From positions 1 to 41,929 of IMG/VR virus record IMGVR_UViG_3300005326_000077: a stretch of DNA of 41,929 nt; one strand, given 5' to 3'. The DNA comes from a virus (taxonomy: Duplodnaviria; Caudoviricetes). How positions within the stretch are numbered: position 1 is the stretch's first letter; each line of letters begins with the position of its first letter. A program made the position numbers and the translations under genes. The notes below the pieces were generated by a model, which worked only from the letters and a program-made list of their open reading frames with translations, was not told the origin of the DNA and made no database searches. Positions 24,601 through 34,796 of this stretch are shown here, piece after piece.

Positions 24601-26748
24601 ATCCGTATAAATAGGGCTATTCCCCAACCCACTAGCATCGCTAATGTGATAAGGAATATAACCATCAGTAAGGTTAGTTAGTTTAGCTGTTGTGGCTTGA
24701 ATAGAACCGTTTGGAACAATTACATTGAAATTAGTTCTATCTAATTGAAGTATATCCAAACCTCCTGTACTATTGTAAAAATGTAGCATTTCGCCACCAG
24801 CATATTGCCCTATTCCTGAAGTTTCTGTTAGAAACATTATGTCAGAGCTATTCCAAACTGATGATTGTTGATACCCTAATTTGCCAACTTGAAATGATTG
24901 CATTACACCACTTCCACTAATATTAAAATTGCCTATTTGCTGACTTATTCCATTCCAAATATACGCCGTACTACCACTTGCAGGAGCTTTCCCAGCCAAC
25001 GCATCAAATAAAGCATTTTCACTTGGTGCTTTGTTTGTTACTCCGTCATTTATTTGATCTTCAACAACTGCTGCTTGAGCTCTTGCATCAGTAAAGTATA
25101 GATTTGTATTCTCAGTGATATGAGAAGTATTTAAAGTAACAACACCTTGTTGACCATTTACTGACACTACGTTATCAGTGCCAACCGAACGTTCCCAAGT
25201 CGTTCCATTATAGATAACCCAATCACCGGAGTAAAAACTTATTGGTCCACTTCCAAAATTAACTGTACCGGCTAAATTATTTTTATAAACCCAACCAGCA
25301 GTTCCAACTCCATCTGTTAAAGTAGGTGTATTTGTTAATGCAGACCAAATACCTTTATAAATCATTAATGAAGCTGGTAATTGTGAGAATGGCACTTTGC
25401 CACCAGCATCTAAAGTAGCAACACCATTATTAGCCCCCATCTCAGTACGCTTGACTTGCGCATCATTAGTTACGTTACTTAAACCAACGCTTTCTTTTGT
25501 TAATGTAACATTAGTAGCTAATCCACCTGAATCAAATCCAGCTATTGTATTTATAGTGCCAGTATGTCCAGCTTTATTCCAAACCAGTGATTCATGTGAT
25601 AAATCACTATGATTTCTAACTCCAGAGTTTTGTATTGCACCTTCCCAAACACGTGGATATGCTGTTCCATTTAAAGCATCTTTTTGAATTACTATTTTAC
25701 CAACATAAACCGTATGTGAAGTCATTACAGATGGAGTTGCAGGCTGTAACTCATTTATAGCGTCAGATTCTTTATTATATTGATTACCATGTATAAAGTA
25801 AACTTCATTGTCATCACCAATATATCTCCAAAAATATTTAGATACCCAATAACTATTGTTAAGTGATAACCTGTTTACTCCATCAGAATAATATGTAGCA
25901 TCATATGATGTTCTTTGTATTTTATTCCAAACACCACTTGATAAATAATACTCATACATTAAACCAGATGTTCCAGCGATATTTTCAGGCATATTATCAT
26001 AATACTGAACCGCAAATATTGCAGAACCAGATGAAACAATTGATTTTCTTGTAGGTATAGTAGATAATATTAAACCAGTCCACCTTATACCACCATTTAT
26101 GTAAATATCTTTTATCATTAACTTATTAGCTAATAATATTCCATATAAATCATACTCTTCAAAGTGTACAGTTGTTCCCTCTCTTGTTGCTATTATTAAT
26201 GGTATTTTTGTAAAATTATCTTTAAATATGGTATTATCAAGAGTTGAAGTATATGTTGGTGTACCAGAACCATAGTCAGCATATATAAAATTAACAACAC
26301 CATCTGATAATGTTATTGTTGATGAACTTGTAATTGCTTTTTGTATAATTCCAGCACTACCATTTGCATTTTTAGAAAAATTAAATACACCATCATTACC
26401 AAGCGTAACGGTACCATCTATATTTTTTATATGTGTAGGCATTACCGCAACACCAATATGTAATGGTAAATTTTGCCCTTTAGCTATAATAGAATTAGTA
26501 TTTAAATCAACATCTCTATTAGCATTATTATATGGAACTAAATATCTATCTGCATAGTATTTTGATATTATTCTCATTTCACCATAACCACCAAGTCTTG
26601 CCCAAAATGCAGAATCACCAATGTTAAAATAAAATGTAACATTATTTGGTGTTTGTAGTTGTTTACATGTTATTGGTTTAACTTCACCAGTTTGAGTATA
26701 ACCAAAATAAAAAGAAAATAAAAGTAGTATTAATATTATTTTTTTCAT
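21661..26748 (-). CDS. Large tail fibre / adhesin (1695 aa) with N-terminal signal peptide
   Basis: Fibre motifs VGLSNVTNDAQ...GVATLDAGGKVP, VVSVNGQQGVVTL, AGTY...ITVDAKGRITSASNG; G/S/T/N-rich; N-terminus MKKIILILLLFSFYFGYT|Q. Confidence 0.8.
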   Translation of the reverse strand: MKKIILILLLFSFYFGYTQTGEVKPITCKQLQTPNNVTFYFNIGDSAFWARLGGYGEMRIISKYYADRYLVPYNNANRDVDLNTNSIIAKGQNLPLHIGVAVMPTHIKNIDGTVTLGNDGVFNFSKNANGSAGIIQKAITSSSTITLSDGVVNFIYADYGSGTPTYTSTLDNTIFKDNFTKIPLIIATREGTTVHFEEYDLYGILLANKLMIKDIYINGGIRWTGLILSTIPTRKSIVSSGSAIFAVQYYDNMPENIAGTSGLMYEYYLSSGVWNKIQRTSYDATYYSDGVNRLSLNNSYWVSKYFWRYIGDDNEVYFIHGNQYNKESDAINELQPATPSVMTSHTVYVGKIVIQKDALNGTAYPRVWEGAIQNSGVRNHSDLSHESLVWNKAGHTGTINTIAGFDSGGLATNVTLTKESVGLSNVTNDAQVKRTEMGANNGVATLDAGGKVPFSQLPASLMIYKGIWSALTNTPTLTDGVGTAGWVYKNNLAGTVNFGSGPISFYSGDWVIYNGTTWERSVGTDNVVSVNGQQGVVTLNTSHITENTNLYFTDARAQAAVVEDQINDGVTNKAPSENALFDALAGKAPASGSTAYIWNGISQQIGNFNISGSGVMQSFQVGKLGYQQSSVWNSSDIMFLTETSGIGQYAGGEMLHFYNSTGGLDILQLDRTNFNVIVPNGSIQATTAKLTNLTDGYIPYHISDASGLGNSPIYTDGTSTFLNTIGTTIGNYSELVFKSYNNLSGIGKAYIRGESTATGNSNTDLVFGVNTSGFWNPVEVVRFNSILNVGIGYSTGTEITNNKLAVNGSGYFNGALTVAGVNSNIKLADTYVNRGIKFGVDSGSEPSIQGFVDSSDAARQLSINPLGGNVLINTATNDGVNALQVNGSGLFGTTTLDVVGVSVIAMRDYGAGILFKNTKTNSTNVRNWSINTDNQEYGDFDIKQSSVLSGTPDISRLYFGFGGNAVFSSTVNSTGYLLNGNNLHSSLSSGYLPYWDGTKFVNTSIATNISTTSFLFDYRGGGEPTYKGAIRLFDKEYIGEDTEIGLQTRDGGIEIFSSNYQSGSGWRITSQDIGGGVNPMVFQSRNNSSSWSNRIVFYHNGSVKISNLSGTGTRLTTASSDGTFGALSNASGFLKNDGSGNFSYTYPEGINILSTGSSLNQVLAADGTNGARYVSLNTINGYSLFGIGNIVIPTGGDVYKVGTPVNNQIGIWTGDGTIKGTDNFKIIDGSTYHILQVRSPSPTLRLMDSDFDTNPSTGRYGELWYDGAAVYIGQTAGAFYQNAKFATNNTYLYSVQNQTSTNILYYNSNNGEVTYGTAPSGGGMVYPTGSGLAVVSGGTSWGSTIALTGNANQFLNGNGIFATPTFTSQWNNDTYGINYQTGNVGIGSASLSNVGLYVSKSTSNSGYISYFNNTNANAGGLGIQVAANSSLPIMTLIGNTSATRFNFLSDGTLYASSAIGNVSTGYALFFNPTDGRITYATAPSGDGGGVSSVSTSNILTGTGGNFATVSVTNPTTTPNIAYSLSSQTANLHLASPDGTSGVPSYRALVTNDLPNSGVSAGTYNNANITVDAKGRITSASNGSGSSFTAKHTINTGTSTDQPLLTSDKTYSIVRVTYTIIRNNTIYGYGMRIYHNYFDGSFNIMNEEIVSGNPGSGVFISEYHSGSLGSYVLQITNTSGATIITNVYVEVLYNGN

Positions 26749-26749
26749 A

Positions 26750-27412
26750 TTATTTAGATATTTCTATTAGTCCAGACATTTCATCAACACTCCCAAATGT
26801 TATATATAGTATTTTACCATTACTATATACTTCATATTGTTTTTCAGATCTTTCTAGTAAATTACCATCAATATCTTGTTGAAATAGTTTACATTTTGGC
26901 TTATCACCATAGTCGTTAAAATATAATTCATCATAAGTATGAATTGGATAATCAATTGGTAATTTTGGTTCTATACTATTTTCAAATGGAACTCTTATTG
27001 CATTAGGGTCATTATTCCAAAGTATATCAAGTTCAATTGATTTACTGTATTCTGATGCAACTTTATCAAGATAATTTCTAAATATAGGCGCTAACACTGG
27101 AGCTCTACCAGAAAATACTGATTTATAGTAAACCGCTTCGCATGATATTGTTGGACAAACATTTGTTCTAAAAATATCAAGTACATCAATATAATTAATT
27201 GAAAATACACTTGTTTCATATGTATGACCAACATAATCCTGTAAATAATAACCAATCGCTTTTTCTTCAAATCCAACGTCATTAGCGTCTATTGACTTAA
27301 AATACACACGCCATTTTGGAAAGTTATCAACATCACCTTCTGATAATAAAATGCAATCAGTTATAAGCATTCTCCATGCTACAGTGTTTATATGTTTTAT
27401 TAAATTACTCAT
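26750..27412 (-). CDS. Tail-tip / structural hypothetical protein
   Basis: Position between tail genes and the fibre. Confidence 0.6.
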   Translation of the reverse strand: MSNLIKHINTVAWRMLITDCILLSEGDVDNFPKWRVYFKSIDANDVGFEEKAIGYYLQDYVGHTYETSVFSINYIDVLDIFRTNVCPTISCEAVYYKSVFSGRAPVLAPIFRNYLDKVASEYSKSIELDILWNNDPNAIRVPFENSIEPKLPIDYPIHTYDELYFNDYGDKPKCKLFQQDIDGNLLERSEKQYEVYSNGKILYITFGSVDEMSGLIEISK

Positions 27413-28233
27413 TGAGATATAATAAGACTTATATTTATACTTCTTCTTATTGTAGCAAGTGAATTTATATATATAATATTATTATTAGATTTAAAACCAC
27501 CGTAAGCATTGAAGAATGGTTTTAAAACTATACTATAGCCATCATTATCAATATAACTAATATTAATGCCAGCCAATTGTCTACCAAGATTGTGAGTTAT
27601 TTTCAAGTCTATACCATTATTACCACTTGCTTCAAATAAAAAATCTGCTGTTCCTGGTCCTCTTGTTATAACTCCATTACATCTATTCGCAACCGAGTCT
27701 CCGTCTGGTAAAGTTATGGTATAAACAGATTGTTTGATAGTTACATCTGAAATTCCCAATAATTGCTTTAATTGTGTTAGTGTCAAATATTGAGGAGCAC
27801 CAGGTATATTTGAATTATTGTAAAGTAATGAAAATGCTGGAAAATTAGCATGCTTAACAAGTGTTATTGCACCATTTTCAACTGCGAGTGATTCATATTT
27901 TTTTACAAGAGTAATTTTATCTCCCATAAACCAATACTCAACACCATTTATATTTACTGTTGAATATGGTAAACGATACTCAAATGGAAAATTATTTAAT
28001 ACATCTTGAATGCTTGTATATGGAACACCATTATTTAAATAATAATTAGAATCAACTGAAACAATTGAATCTATAAATTGAGCAAGTGTCATTTTTTTAG
28101 ACTCTTCCCAACCAAAATAGTCAACAACAATCCAAATATCATTTGGGTTAATATACCCTACTTCACCAGATAATAGTTGAACATATTCGGATAGTGTATA
28201 TATTCTTTTTTGTACAATTATTTCGTTTGCCAT
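27409..28233 (-). CDS. Tail-tip / structural hypothetical protein
   Basis: Position; fibre-like motifs NGAITLVK and ITHNLGR. Confidence 0.6.
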   Translation of the reverse strand: MANEIIVQKRIYTLSEYVQLLSGEVGYINPNDIWIVVDYFGWEESKKMTLAQFIDSIVSVDSNYYLNNGVPYTSIQDVLNNFPFEYRLPYSTVNINGVEYWFMGDKITLVKKYESLAVENGAITLVKHANFPAFSLLYNNSNIPGAPQYLTLTQLKQLLGISDVTIKQSVYTITLPDGDSVANRCNGVITRGPGTADFLFEASGNNGIDLKITHNLGRQLAGINISYIDNDGYSIVLKPFFNAYGGFKSNNNIIYINSLATIRRSINISLIISQ

Positions 28234-28235
28234 AA

Positions 28236-30449
28236 TTATGTTATTGTGAAATTTCCAATGTTAGCAAATGCACTTACTGAAAAACCTATTGATATGGAAT
28301 TACCAATAGTTGTATTTGACTTTATTCTATATCTAAGTTTTATTGTTGTAGTTTGATTTTCTAAATCAATTTTACCTGATTCTATTAAACCATAACCAAC
28401 TTGTGTAGTATAAAATAAAGAATCTTGAGAACCCTTCAACATTATATCAATTCCAATTTTGCAACGTTGTGTAGTTGCAAAACTTCTTGGTATACTATTA
28501 ACTAATCCTACATTTGTTAAACCTTCATATGTAGCAAAGTCTTTTAATATATTAGATGTTGATACAAATCCATTAACTTCCACTGCGCCAATCAAATCAC
28601 ACTGTTTGCTTGTTACAATATTATTTGAATCCAAACATAAAAATATTATACCATCAGAAACGCTGGCTGGATTTTGAATAGCATACTTAATATCTGTTGA
28701 AAATATTTCTGTTTTAAACTCTATACTTTTATCTTTATTTCTATTGTTTGAAACTATTTTATTATACTCAATTTTGTTGTCAATAAAGTCTGGATAACCA
28801 GAATTAAATTGTGTATATTTGAAAATTTCAAACATCATAGATTTGTCATATGAATATTGATTTGTATCAAATATAGATTCGTTAGTTCTGATGTCCTTAA
28901 AACCACCAATTAAATCAGAAAATTTCTTGTGTTCAATTCTAATATAGTTATTTGAATCTACAAACCATATTAGTGTTCCACAAAATAATTTATTTAGATC
29001 ATTGAATATATCATTTATAGTATACTTTGGTATTTTTTTTATGACATTATCCTCAGATGGCAATAAATCTCTTGTAAAAAATAATCTTACATTATTTAAG
29101 TGATTTTTTTCACCAGTAACATAATTTATCCCAGTTGTATTTTTTAAATATGGTATTTGATTTTCAAAGTCATTAAAAAAGAATGTAGATTTAACTTCTC
29201 TTAAACTCAATGATGTATCTGAGTTTTTTACTAAATGATTTAGAAAATCAATTAATTTTATTGATGAAATTAGTTCTAGTGAATTTTCGGAATCATCATA
29301 TGCTATTCTCGATTCAAGATATTTATTCCATGAAAAATTATAACTAGAATCAGTTCCATTATTTAATACTTCAGGTTGTATTTCCCACTGTTCACTATAA
29401 GCACCATTGAATGGTTTTCTTGTCCATATATGCGCAGGTTTACCATCTTTAACGGTTTGTTGTCTCATATTCCAACCATCACCAACAGGCGGTTTATACC
29501 CATATGGTAAATCAGAATCAGATTCATCAACTTTTATAAATTCATCCCTAGAGAACCATGTTTGACAGTACAAATTTCTCCAACGTTTTCCAGATAAACC
29601 ACCAGTTCTAGTTCCCTCATATACTCTAAACCTACTTAATTCAAAATCACCATAATGAATATCAACATTTGGACCATAATTTTCATCATTAGCATTTGAT
29701 GACAACGTTTGACCAAGTGCATCAACTCTACCTTGAAGCCAAAATGGACCAATAGTTAATGGTTGATTAAAATCATATATTTCATTATTTGTTATAAAGC
29801 CATAATAAGAATCTTGAAATAAAGTTTGCTTTGGTTTTCCATTATCAAAATATAAAGAAAGCCCACCGTTATCTTGATAGTCACTCTCTTTTATTCTATT
29901 CCTTGGATATGTTTTAGTGTTATTAAATAATACAATATCACTAAGGCCAAATTTATATGGTGAGTTTGTTGGCCAGTCCTCTATTGTTTTTATTAAAGAA
30001 CTATCCATTTTTATTTTTATTGGAACTTTGTCAAAAACGTAATTTGTAAAATCAACATCACTATCAATGTTTTCAAAAATATCAGTATATCCATCGATTA
30101 CAGATGGTGTTACTGTTAGTATTTTTCTATCATCATTGAAGTTGCAGTCATTTTTTCCAAAGTAACCGTAAAATGTTTTTAATTGTGTAGTTATTTTTAT
30201 TAATACTTTTGTTGAAAAATCTATGTTGTTTAGAATATTATATAGTTTGTGTACTGGAGAGTTACTTGTTTTAAATAAATTAGGCTTATTTGATATGGTA
30301 AGTTCACCCCAATTTATTCTATAAAAAAACTGTTCAATTGAGCCATCTGTTTGTACAGCCTGTCTAACAATTGAAAAACTATTTAGAATATCAGGTTCAA
30401 ATTCCTTATATCCAGTTCCATCGTAGTCAATGTATGCTTTATATTTCAT
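28236..30449 (-). CDS. Putative baseplate hub / tail tip protein
   Basis: About 737 aa, second gene after the tape measure; start adjusted to ATG MKYKAYID. Confidence 0.6.
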   Translation of the reverse strand: MKYKAYIDYDGTGYKEFEPDILNSFSIVRQAVQTDGSIEQFFYRINWGELTISNKPNLFKTSNSPVHKLYNILNNIDFSTKVLIKITTQLKTFYGYFGKNDCNFNDDRKILTVTPSVIDGYTDIFENIDSDVDFTNYVFDKVPIKIKMDSSLIKTIEDWPTNSPYKFGLSDIVLFNNTKTYPRNRIKESDYQDNGGLSLYFDNGKPKQTLFQDSYYGFITNNEIYDFNQPLTIGPFWLQGRVDALGQTLSSNANDENYGPNVDIHYGDFELSRFRVYEGTRTGGLSGKRWRNLYCQTWFSRDEFIKVDESDSDLPYGYKPPVGDGWNMRQQTVKDGKPAHIWTRKPFNGAYSEQWEIQPEVLNNGTDSSYNFSWNKYLESRIAYDDSENSLELISSIKLIDFLNHLVKNSDTSLSLREVKSTFFFNDFENQIPYLKNTTGINYVTGEKNHLNNVRLFFTRDLLPSEDNVIKKIPKYTINDIFNDLNKLFCGTLIWFVDSNNYIRIEHKKFSDLIGGFKDIRTNESIFDTNQYSYDKSMMFEIFKYTQFNSGYPDFIDNKIEYNKIVSNNRNKDKSIEFKTEIFSTDIKYAIQNPASVSDGIIFLCLDSNNIVTSKQCDLIGAVEVNGFVSTSNILKDFATYEGLTNVGLVNSIPRSFATTQRCKIGIDIMLKGSQDSLFYTTQVGYGLIESGKIDLENQTTTIKLRYRIKSNTTIGNSISIGFSVSAFANIGNFTIT

Positions 30450-31212
30450 TACTTGATGCAGCGAAATCAAACTCTTTATAAGAAAATATAATTATTATAG
30501 TATCACTTGCTTGATTGTATTCCTTTACTTCTACATTTGTGTCATAAATTTCCCTTTGATCTCCATTAACAGTAACCTTAACACTACCATTAACTTTCAA
30601 TACCCTCACAAATGCCAACATTCTATATATTTGTGGTGTACCATATATTTCTGTTTTTCTTTTAATTGACACAGCTGAGAAAAGTGGTATGTCACCAAAA
30701 TATCGTTCTGTTCCTTCTTCGTTACCTTCGTGTTCTATTTCAATATTATCATACTTAAGATAGAAGTCAATTTCAATATTTGAATATGGTAAATTTTCAG
30801 TCTTATTATATGTTATATCAGAAGACTGTATATTAATACCAAATAATCCATAAGTATCTTCAACTATTGAAAACACTTCTGAAAATATTTGTTTAGTACC
30901 AATTGCAACAAGTAAATAATAATAACCACAATCAAAGTTATTATATTTACTTCCATTGTATGTTATTATTCTATTTAAACCAGATGTAGTTACTACAGCA
31001 TTAAATACACTAACAGTTGTTTCAACTTTAGTTAATTTATCAATTTTTATTAAATCAATAGTTGCTGCATTGCTTTCAGATTCAAGCATTATTATAAAAG
31101 ATGGTATGGTTGTATTCTTAAACACAACCATGTAGTCCTTTATGTCTGCTCTTTCGAATCTCCTATCTGACTTTCTTTCGAAAAATCCCAATATATTAAT
31201 TCCTTGTAACAT
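30439..31212 (-). CDS. Putative distal tail protein
   Basis: Directly follows the tape measure; beta-rich; start adjusted to MLQGINI. Confidence 0.55.
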   Translation of the reverse strand: MLQGINILGFFERKSDRRFERADIKDYMVVFKNTTIPSFIIMLESESNAATIDLIKIDKLTKVETTVSVFNAVVTTSGLNRIITYNGSKYNNFDCGYYYLLVAIGTKQIFSEVFSIVEDTYGLFGINIQSSDITYNKTENLPYSNIEIDFYLKYDNIEIEHEGNEEGTERYFGDIPLFSAVSIKRKTEIYGTPQIYRMLAFVRVLKVNGSVKVTVNGDQREIYDTNVEVKEYNQASDTIIIIFSYKEFDFAASSNEI

Positions 31213-34183
31213 ACTTACCAAATATATTATTTTTTTTCGACATTTTCATGCCATTTGAATAAAAAGTTTCATTTTTTTTCAACATATTTCTAAGTAAACC
31301 ATTAGTTTCACTTAAATCTATTGTTTCATACTCCTTATTCATATTATTTATTCCTATATGTGCTAATGTTGTTTGTAGTTCTTCATTTGGAATAAATAAA
31401 CCTGATGGCATATTAGCAACAGTTTCCTTTGGTGGTGTTAGGTATGCTTGATTACTGCCGTCTGGTATGAATAACTCCTGCTTACCACCTTCAGAGAATC
31501 TTGCAAAACCTCCAGTATGCTGACCGCCTTCTTCAAATGCAGGTATTGGTTGAGCAAGTACTGTTGCTAACTGTAATGCACCAAGTGTTCCAACCATAGC
31601 CGTAAGCGCTGTAGCAGATATACCAAAGTCAAATTTTGGAACTTCAGCCCATATTGAAATTATGGCTTCAGCGGTGTTTATTGCTATATTTGACGCAGCT
31701 TGTGCTTTTTGTAAAATAGCTTGCCTTCTTTGTATTTTTCTCTTTTCAATATCATACTTAGTATCAGCTGCTATTTGTTTTGCAAGTGAATCACCAGCAA
31801 GAGCCACTTCTTTTTCATGTTGCCATTCAAGTCTTTGTAGTTGACCATCTTGTATTGCTAAAAACAAATTAAATAACTCATTTTGTATTTGCTTTGCAAT
31901 ATCAAATGCTTGCTTCTGTAGTTCAATTCTCTTTTTTGCATCTTTTTCAGCTTGAGACATTTCTGCTTTTGATATTGCAACTTTTGTATCATGAAGTTTT
32001 TGCTCAATATCAGCAATTTCATTTGCTGTAAGGTTTTCAACCTTAAGCATATCTTCATAACCTTGCTTAACAACATTTAGTGCGTCTAGATTTAGCTTTA
32101 CGTCTATTGCTTCAAATTGATATTCTTTTTTAGAACTAAGAGTATCAGTTTTAGCTTTATCATATAATTCTGATAATTTTGAATTTGTTGTCTCATCTAT
32201 AGCAGCTATATCTGCATCTTTTCTTTTTTCTATTTCTTTTAAATATTCATCAGTTTCTCTTTTATCTTCAGAAATAACCCAATCGGTATATTTCTTTTGA
32301 TAATCAGCAGATAAGTCTGTTTGCTGTTTTATTGCTTCTGCTTTTTCTTTTTCATGTGATTTAGCAAAATCAACAAGTTTAACCATTTGTTTAGATCTAA
32401 ATGCAAACAAGTCAGAATCCATATCCATTTCTAATGCTGAATCTGCTCTTTTTATACCAAGTTCATCGGCGCCACTATCAACAACATTCTTGTGTGCTTG
32501 TTGACGCATCGATTCTAAATGTTCCCTATAAGCATTATATTCTACATCAAGTTGATCTTTAAAAGTATTAAATCTTTCACTAAAATCATCCTTCTTTTTA
32601 TTGTCATTAAACGGGTCTGTTTTTTCCTTTTCTTTAACTAAATCTTCAAAGTTTGCTTTAATTAAATCAATTGCATTCTTATAAGATGATGATATTAAGT
32701 CAAGATTTTTGCTTGCAACATTGGCCTCTTCTAATGTTGGATATATACCAGTTATTTTCTTATAACCAGTTCTATATAGCTCTTTGAAAAAATTACTAAG
32801 TGTTTTTCCACCATTGGTTTGTGATTCAAGAGCCATCTTACCATCAACAGTAAGACTTTTGTAAATATTACTTTGTTCTTGTATTAATTTATTTAATTGC
32901 TCAGTTAATATTACCCTTCTCTCTTGTTCTGTGTTTCCCTTATTTAGTTCTTCATTAACTGTACTCACCAACGATTGGGTCCCCTTCTCAACTTTACCTT
33001 CGTCACTACGAACTAAATCAGAAACTCCATATACAAAATCTGCAACTTTATTATATGCGGCAGTTAATGCTGGTGATGCCTTTAATCCATCAATAAAATC
33101 TTTCCAGGCTGTTGTTAGTCTTTGTTGTGCGGAAACTAATGTATCAACTTTATTTAAAGTCTCAATACCAAGAGCTTCTTCAACTCTTTTTGCGAATAGT
33201 GGCAATACAACTTCAGCTGCAACTTTTCCTTCTTTCATTAATTCAAATAACTCAGAAGTTGTTCCACTTACACTTAAACCAGCATCTTTAGCAGCTTTTG
33301 CCATTGCTGATATAGCAACTGGCAAGTGCTGACCCATTTGCCTTCTTAATTCTTCAGACATAATGGTGCCCTTTGATAACATTTGTTCAAGAGCAAGGAA
33401 TACATCATTTGTTTTTTCCTGTGATAAACCAAGCGCAGCAGAAGCCTTCGCTACTGATTCGAATATTTGCTGCCCTTCTTTAACAGTTAAATTAGACTGT
33501 CCAACGGCAGCCCTAAATCTAACATATGAATTTGTTGTTTCAACTAAATCAGTACCAAAGTTTACAGTTATATCCGCTAAATATTTTTTTGTTTGGGCTA
33601 ACTCAAATGTGTTTATAATTACAGTTTTTAATGCAAAATTTAACGAGTCTAATGCTGTAGTATCTTCAACTATTTTATTAAAAAGACGAACACCTGCATT
33701 AATAGTAATATACGCTTTTGCATAAGAAAGTAATGCTACTGTATTTTCTTTTATACTTTTTAATGAAGATTTATTTGCATTTGTATTTGAATTTGTTGCA
33801 TTTGAATTTAGTTTCTTTGCAGAAGTGTTTTTATTAGTTGCGTTTGTATTAGAATTTGCTGCGGATGTATTTTTACTATTTGCAGAAGTGCTTTTTGATG
33901 TTGAACTTGCAGCGGAGTTTTGTGATTGATTAAGCAAGTTAGAAGCTTTGTTTAACTTATTTTCAGCAGCTTGTAACCTCTCAATATTTTCTGCAAGTCT
34001 TTTTATTTGAGAAGATAGTTTTGTTATTTTTGCAGAATCCTTTAATTTTGAATCTAAATCTTTACCAGAAGATAATAGTTTCAAAAGTTCGTTTTGCGCA
34101 TCAGCAAGTAGTTTCTTTAAATCTTCAATAGACTTAAGTGCATCTTTTGTTACTACTTCATTTATTTTATTTTCGTCTGCCAT
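31196..34183 (-). CDS. Tape measure protein
   Basis: Tape-measure domain ASAALGLSQEKTNDVFLALEQMLSKGTIMSEELRRQMG; long helical region; C-terminal QPIPAFEEGG. Confidence 0.92.
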   Translation of the reverse strand: MADENKINEVVTKDALKSIEDLKKLLADAQNELLKLLSSGKDLDSKLKDSAKITKLSSQIKRLAENIERLQAAENKLNKASNLLNQSQNSAASSTSKSTSANSKNTSAANSNTNATNKNTSAKKLNSNATNSNTNANKSSLKSIKENTVALLSYAKAYITINAGVRLFNKIVEDTTALDSLNFALKTVIINTFELAQTKKYLADITVNFGTDLVETTNSYVRFRAAVGQSNLTVKEGQQIFESVAKASAALGLSQEKTNDVFLALEQMLSKGTIMSEELRRQMGQHLPVAISAMAKAAKDAGLSVSGTTSELFELMKEGKVAAEVVLPLFAKRVEEALGIETLNKVDTLVSAQQRLTTAWKDFIDGLKASPALTAAYNKVADFVYGVSDLVRSDEGKVEKGTQSLVSTVNEELNKGNTEQERRVILTEQLNKLIQEQSNIYKSLTVDGKMALESQTNGGKTLSNFFKELYRTGYKKITGIYPTLEEANVASKNLDLISSSYKNAIDLIKANFEDLVKEKEKTDPFNDNKKKDDFSERFNTFKDQLDVEYNAYREHLESMRQQAHKNVVDSGADELGIKRADSALEMDMDSDLFAFRSKQMVKLVDFAKSHEKEKAEAIKQQTDLSADYQKKYTDWVISEDKRETDEYLKEIEKRKDADIAAIDETTNSKLSELYDKAKTDTLSSKKEYQFEAIDVKLNLDALNVVKQGYEDMLKVENLTANEIADIEQKLHDTKVAISKAEMSQAEKDAKKRIELQKQAFDIAKQIQNELFNLFLAIQDGQLQRLEWQHEKEVALAGDSLAKQIAADTKYDIEKRKIQRRQAILQKAQAASNIAINTAEAIISIWAEVPKFDFGISATALTAMVGTLGALQLATVLAQPIPAFEEGGQHTGGFARFSEGGKQELFIPDGSNQAYLTPPKETVANMPSGLFIPNEELQTTLAHIGINNMNKEYETIDLSETNGLLRNMLKKNETFYSNGMKMSKKNNIFGKYVTRN

Positions 34184-34796
34184 TTGGAGTTGGTTTTTTA
34201 GATTTTAACAACTTTATTTTTTCAATCCAATGCGCTAAAATTATTTGATTAGTATCAATTCTTTCACCAGTAACATCCTCGTACTTTGCAACAGATCTGT
34301 AGAAATTAATTTCTTCTTTTTTATTAGCAGTATTTTCATCAATACTATTTTTACTGCTCAATAATTTAAGATATGAGTTTTCCCGGTTTATTCTTTGTTC
34401 AAGTTCCTTTACAGATATATCATTTGGTAGGCCAAAATATACTAAGGTATTAACAATTTCTTGTTTGTTGTCAGTAGCATTTAATTTTAACAACAGGTAA
34501 CAAGCATGAAGTGTTGTTAACTTATTTTTAAGTATTTCTACTTGTTTTCTTTCTGATAAGATTGATTTATAATTAAGTGAATTACTTGCTATTGAATATT
34601 GTTCAAGTAATTCATCCCATGTTTCATTTAGGATTTCTTGTGGAACTTCCTTTTTTGACTTGATCTTTAGTAGAGATTTGTCTCCAGTCTTCATTATTTG
34701 ATAGAATGTTATTGCTCGAATTTGTTCTATCGAACTGTACAGTTTCGGCGATTTCTCCTTGCCAATCAGGAGAGAATTTATAAACTTGAATACCAT
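34167..34796 (-). CDS. Putative tail assembly chaperone
   Basis: Helical protein immediately upstream of the tape measure. Confidence 0.5.
   Translation of the reverse strand: MVFKFINSLLIGKEKSPKLYSSIEQIRAITFYQIMKTGDKSLLKIKSKKEVPQEILNETWDELLEQYSIASNSLNYKSILSERKQVEILKNKLTTLHACYLLLKLNATDNKQEIVNTLVYFGLPNDISVKELEQRINRENSYLKLLSSKNSIDENTANKKEEINFYRSVAKYEDVTGERIDTNQIILAHWIEKIKLLKSKKPTPNGRRK

Noticed and set aside
21661-26748. Diversity-generating retroelement or shufflon acting on the fibre
   Set aside because: No reverse transcriptase, invertase, template/variable repeat pair or inverted cassette was seen.
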